From IMG/VR virus record IMGVR_UViG_3300045988_135716, positions 1 to 64,000 of that record: a stretch of 64,000 nt of DNA; one strand, written 5' to 3'. Below are positions 63,859 to 64,000 of this stretch, in pieces; within the stretch, counting starts at the first letter, position 1, and each line of letters begins with the position of its first letter. The stretch is from a virus. The position numbers and the translations under genes are program-made. Under the pieces are notes generated by a model. It was given only the letters and a program-made list of their open reading frames with translations, was not told the DNA's origin and did not search any database.

Positions 63859-64000
63859 ATGGAAAAAATTAAAGCAAGGCGTGTAGATATAGAATCTGGA
63901 CGTATGGATCAGGATGAGTTTTTAGAGCAAGTTACATCTGCATACGTAGATGCAGAGAAACGTGGCTTCAATAGTATTGTTGTGGCAATTGATACAGATT
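63859..64000 (+). CDS. hypothetical protein (partial, runs off window)
   Basis: ATG at 63859; open to the window end. Confidence 0.4.
   Translation, partial: MEKIKARRVDIESGRMDQDEFLEQVTSAYVDAEKRGFNSIVVAIDTD

Noticed and set aside
1-64000. Diversity-generating retroelement, retron or other RT-based system.
   Set aside because: No ORF shows a reverse-transcriptase YxDD-type core, and I noticed no template/variable repeat pair.

Overview
AT-rich 64-kb stretch of a tailed-phage (Caudoviricetes) genome. Strong GGAGG-type ribosome-binding sites suggest a low-GC Gram-positive host (inference). All domain calls come from motif recognition by eye; no searches were run.

The window has two divergent arms. 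The minus-strand arm (1-35.5 kb) carries:
- a head and packaging module: large terminase, portal, protease/scaffold, capsid;
- an inserted-looking DUF262 / tyrosine recombinase / nuclease block;
- a replication and nucleotide-metabolism block: HU, metallophosphoesterase, ClpP-like, PhoH-like, dCMP deaminase, homing endonucleases;
- a 935-aa YonO/RdRP-like two-barrel RNA polymerase.

The plus-strand arm (39-64 kb) holds about 70 mostly tiny early-type ORFs. Recognisable ones include a sliding clamp, three RHH regulators, Bro-N/antirepressor, HicA, Lar, HNH, a second ParB-like/DUF262/recombinase block and KptA/Tpt1.

About 5 kb is ORF-free, which is a lot for a phage. It falls in three places:
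1. A tRNA cluster enclosing about 0.9 kb of probable structured RNA (26.1-27.0 kb).
2. A 2.6-kb zone with mirror-image strand composition, a C-depleted arm then a G-depleted arm, plus iteron-like repeats (35.6-38.2 kb). This is the top anomaly.
3. A repressor/operator switch followed by a roughly 0.95-kb, almost entirely non-coding early transcript (38.9-40.05 kb).

Several genes show apparent frameshifts, three at homopolymers, or lack a canonical start codon. Assembly indels are therefore a live alternative for those cases.
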